From positions 248,001 through 312,000 of the forward strand of contig CM120642.1 of the NCBI GenBank assembly GCA_051362555.1: a stretch of DNA of 64,000 nucleotides, written 5' to 3'. Source of the stretch: Lingula anatina (lineage: Eukaryota > Animalia > Brachiopoda). The first letter of the stretch is position 1. Every line of letters starts with the position of its first letter. Shown here piece by piece: positions 63,601 to 64,000 of the stretch. The notes below the pieces were generated by a model. It was not told the origin of the DNA. It saw only the letters and a list, made by a program, of their open reading frames with translations, and searched no databases. The position numbers and the translations under genes are program-made.

Positions 63601-63799
63601 CGTACGTTGCGTCCCTCCATGATTGACTCACATGAGAGACACAGATGTCAGTATGTACTCACCTGTTCCCTCGCTGTCTATCAAGATAGTGACAAATCCT
63701 TTCTCTCTGTTTCTCAGAACCTTTGTTCCCATCCAAATACCGAACGTCTGAGGATTCATTTCATTTCCAAGCTCAAACGCATCATGGGCTCCAATCATC
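31737..63799 (-). CDS. GBP: Guanylate-binding protein-like large GTPase, paralog B (first coding exon lies right of the window)
   Basis: Coding exons 63663-63799, 61241-61361, 58901-59081, 54715-54967, 54414-54568, 50423-50496, 49806-49945, 47571-47875, 47100-47282, 31737-32006; GT-AG junctions in phase. Motifs QTFGIW, DSEG, FPNFTWLLRD, helical middle domain and E/K/Q-rich coiled coil. Confidence 0.9.
32333..34811. mobile_element. Non-autonomous Harbinger element hosting a LINE
   Basis: TIRs GGCCGTTTCACGAAGCAG / CTGCTTCGTGAAACGGCC with internal second copies; CTG-like flanks. Confidence 0.75.
32782..34514 (+). mobile_element. 5'-truncated RTEX-like LINE
   Basis: LLYADDLILMS, YMYLG, LFDTLISPILTYCSEIWG, LRLSDH.H.IETGR, C..C...IEDEYHF.FQC; AATAAA plus (AATTG)n tail; TCTAAT on both flanks. 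Confidence 0.88.
35012..37280. mobile_element. Unclassified element with ~350-bp diverged TIRs
   Basis: 35012-35365 is the inverted counterpart of 36955-37280 (CAATAAAGGG..GGAGGAGAC..TTGTGCCGGA; AAAGAGCGTCAAGGGAAAA). Confidence 0.7.
37319..39725. mobile_element. Unclassified TIR element
   Basis: CCGGTGTAACAGTAACCC / GGGTTACTGTTACACAGG plus inverted subterminal TGGCTCATAATTATAGTA; no TSD seen. Confidence 0.55.
40188..41290 (+). pseudogene. Ngaro gag-like ORF1 with C-terminal zinc finger (stop at 41076-41078)
   Basis: 296-aa ORF ending WQSVLRFDAEYRK...FPWG; downstream ICMKFNGRQGCSFPNCRYVHVCVAC...H. Confidence 0.8.
41340..44040 (+). pseudogene. Ngaro reverse transcriptase/RNase H, split by LINE insertion
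   Basis: GIREGFRI, ISAISAVPKPDGG..LIH|DYSRP, SKVDLHSAYR, DTRLPFG, VYLDDF, FLGIVID, YTDSS, HINVKEL, YTDS, HIAGEENKMTDSVSR. Confidence 0.88.
41624..42731 (+). mobile_element. 5'-truncated RTEX-like LINE inserted in the Ngaro RT
   Basis: Open frame with LFDRTVKPILLYGSEVWG, ACRAELGRYP, RISDHELAIEKGR, CTSC...EDEKHFFLIC; AATAAA plus (TTA)n tail; TTATTCA on both flanks. Confidence 0.9.
44040..44997 (+). pseudogene. Ngaro tyrosine recombinase (stops, frameshift)
   Basis: STKSTYRS, FFGMLRVTNI (R), THSLRRGGAT (HxxR), MGDWSSDAVFQYI (W,Y). Confidence 0.9.
47100..47282 (-). CDS. GBP: GBP paralog B coding exon 10 (coiled coil)
   Basis: cag|EIRRLKMEEVEAKRQR...NIEK|GTAAGG. Confidence 0.82.
47571..47875 (-). 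CDS. GBP: GBP paralog B coding exon 9 (helical domain)
   Basis: VQRQ...GGELQRYLQENRDRSRRYCEKVF...YLQQAIGPMK...MCK|GTATGT; N..S...C and GP.K motifs of the GBP C-terminal domain. Confidence 0.85.
49806..49945 (-). CDS. GBP: GBP paralog B coding exon 8
   Basis: ASLMRTHDAVMDNVCNELKRQI...LKARIG|GTGAGG. Confidence 0.8.
49989..50229 (+). mobile_element. Helentron-associated non-autonomous element (HINE/DINE-1-like)
   Basis: subTIR ACCTCCGCCAAGG with adjacent IR GGAGGT, (TGTT)n tract, 3' subTIR CCTTGGCGGAGGT, hairpin GCGCTCTCGGAGTGC, end CTAGTT. Confidence 0.75.
50423..50496 (-). CDS. GBP: GBP paralog B coding exon 7
   Basis: tag|EAINKACLGESEMLPIEERDDDPK|GTAAGA. Confidence 0.8.
51482..51520 (-). 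ncRNA. Type I hammerhead ribozyme motif (variant cleavage triplet)
   Basis: GCCC-CUGAUGA-GGCC UCCG GGCC-GAAAC-GGCU-GCA-GGGC; stems I and II perfect; lies between 41-bp inverted repeats 51440-51480 and 51551-51591. Confidence 0.7.
51593..51669. repeat. Compound (CT)n(TA)n microsatellite
   Basis: Direct reading. Confidence 0.95.
51670..51947 (-). mobile_element. tRNA-derived SINE
   Basis: Head GGGCCCGGATGGCCTTGCGGTTAGG (A box) and GGTTCAACCCC (B box); core TATAAATGGTACCC...TTGACACTCAGCATTAAGG recalls the Meta/MESC SINE domain; (TTTGA)n tail. Confidence 0.75.
52430..54382 (+). mobile_element. Decayed L2-type LINE (host), interrupted at ~52560-53405
   Basis: LPLGAIL..H...YIYADDTQLY then ISDLRGWMIRNKLKINDEK, LVTSRLDCCN, HITPV..LHWLPV, APREWNNLP; (ATT)n tail at ~54354-54382. 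Confidence 0.82.
52561..53405 (-). mobile_element. 5'-truncated L2-type LINE nested in opposite orientation
   Basis: Open frame LVTSRLDYCNSILYG...HISPVLKSLHWLP...YGDISFKAAGPKEWNLLP...FKKELKTYLF; (TTA)n tail at ~52561. Confidence 0.85.
54414..54568 (-). CDS. GBP: GBP paralog B coding exon 6
   Basis: GDQLATMLQQYVKAVNDPDTIPAIKSAW...|GTACGT. Confidence 0.88.
54715..54967 (-). CDS. GBP: GBP paralog B coding exon 5
   Basis: ...AFERVEAFALPSPG...KRGMTVGSKITG|GTATAT. Confidence 0.88.
56281..56908 (+). repeat. ~630-bp direct repeat copy 1 containing two tRNA-like units
   Basis: Near-identical to 57650-58287; A/B-box-like pairs TGGCTGCGTGG..GGTTCGAGTC and GGAGCAGTCGGTAGA..GGTTAGAGTCCC. Confidence 0.85.
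57650..58287 (+). repeat. ~630-bp direct repeat copy 2 containing two tRNA-like units
   Basis: Near-identical to 56281-56908; both B boxes read GGTTCGAGTC. Confidence 0.85.
58901..59081 (-). CDS. GBP: GBP paralog B coding exon 4
   Basis: ALTDVTGKIRAKENEEV...FPNFTWLLRDVYLK...YVKEV|GTGAGT. Confidence 0.88.
61241..61361 (-). CDS. GBP: GBP paralog B coding exon 3
   Basis: GAFDADSTNDVGILVMTVLLTSQLIYNTKNVPQKKDLDEL|GTAAGC. Confidence 0.88.
62948..63110. mobile_element. Short hAT-like MITE
   Basis: TIRs CAGGCCCGTAGCC / GGCTACGGGCCTG; TSD not evident. Confidence 0.6.
63663..63799 (-). CDS. GBP: GBP paralog B coding exon 2
   Basis: MIGAHDAFELGNEMNPQTFGIWMG...ILIDSEGT G|GTGAGT. Confidence 0.88.
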
Positions 63800-64000
63800 C
63801 TGTAGTAAAAAAAAAAGAGAAATAAAAAAAAGAAAAAAAGAAAGAAAAAAAAAAGAAAGAAAGAAAAAAGAAAAAAAGCATTTAATCAACAAAAGCAACG
63901 TAAGTGTAATGTTAATAATTGACAGCCACGAATGGATAAGAAGGAGGGAGTGTTTTGTAAGGTAACTTGATTGACATGACCTCGTTGTACTTTTAAAATT

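Overview
Eukaryotic, AT-rich (probably marine invertebrate) genomic DNA, not prokaryotic. The backbone is two tandem, minus-strand, multi-exon guanylate-binding protein (GBP, dynamin-superfamily GTPase) paralogs. Copy A has 8 coding exons visible (21999->3477) and continues off the left edge. Copy B has 10 coding exons visible (63799->31737) with its first coding exon off the right edge. Introns and the intergenic gap are packed with often nested transposable elements: a TIR-bounded Tc1 (DD34E) element carrying a divergently oriented BEN-domain ORF, a decayed piggyBac interrupted by an AcademH-like helicase-fragment element, a near-complete Ngaro-type tyrosine-recombinase retrotransposon interrupted by an RTEX-like LINE, Penelope-type insertions with hammerhead ribozyme motifs, Harbinger MITEs, a Helentron-associated element, a tRNA-derived SINE, L2 LINEs, a duplicated cassette of paired tRNA-like units, and tandem repeats. 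All coordinates were read by eye; family assignments come from recognised motifs, not database searches.
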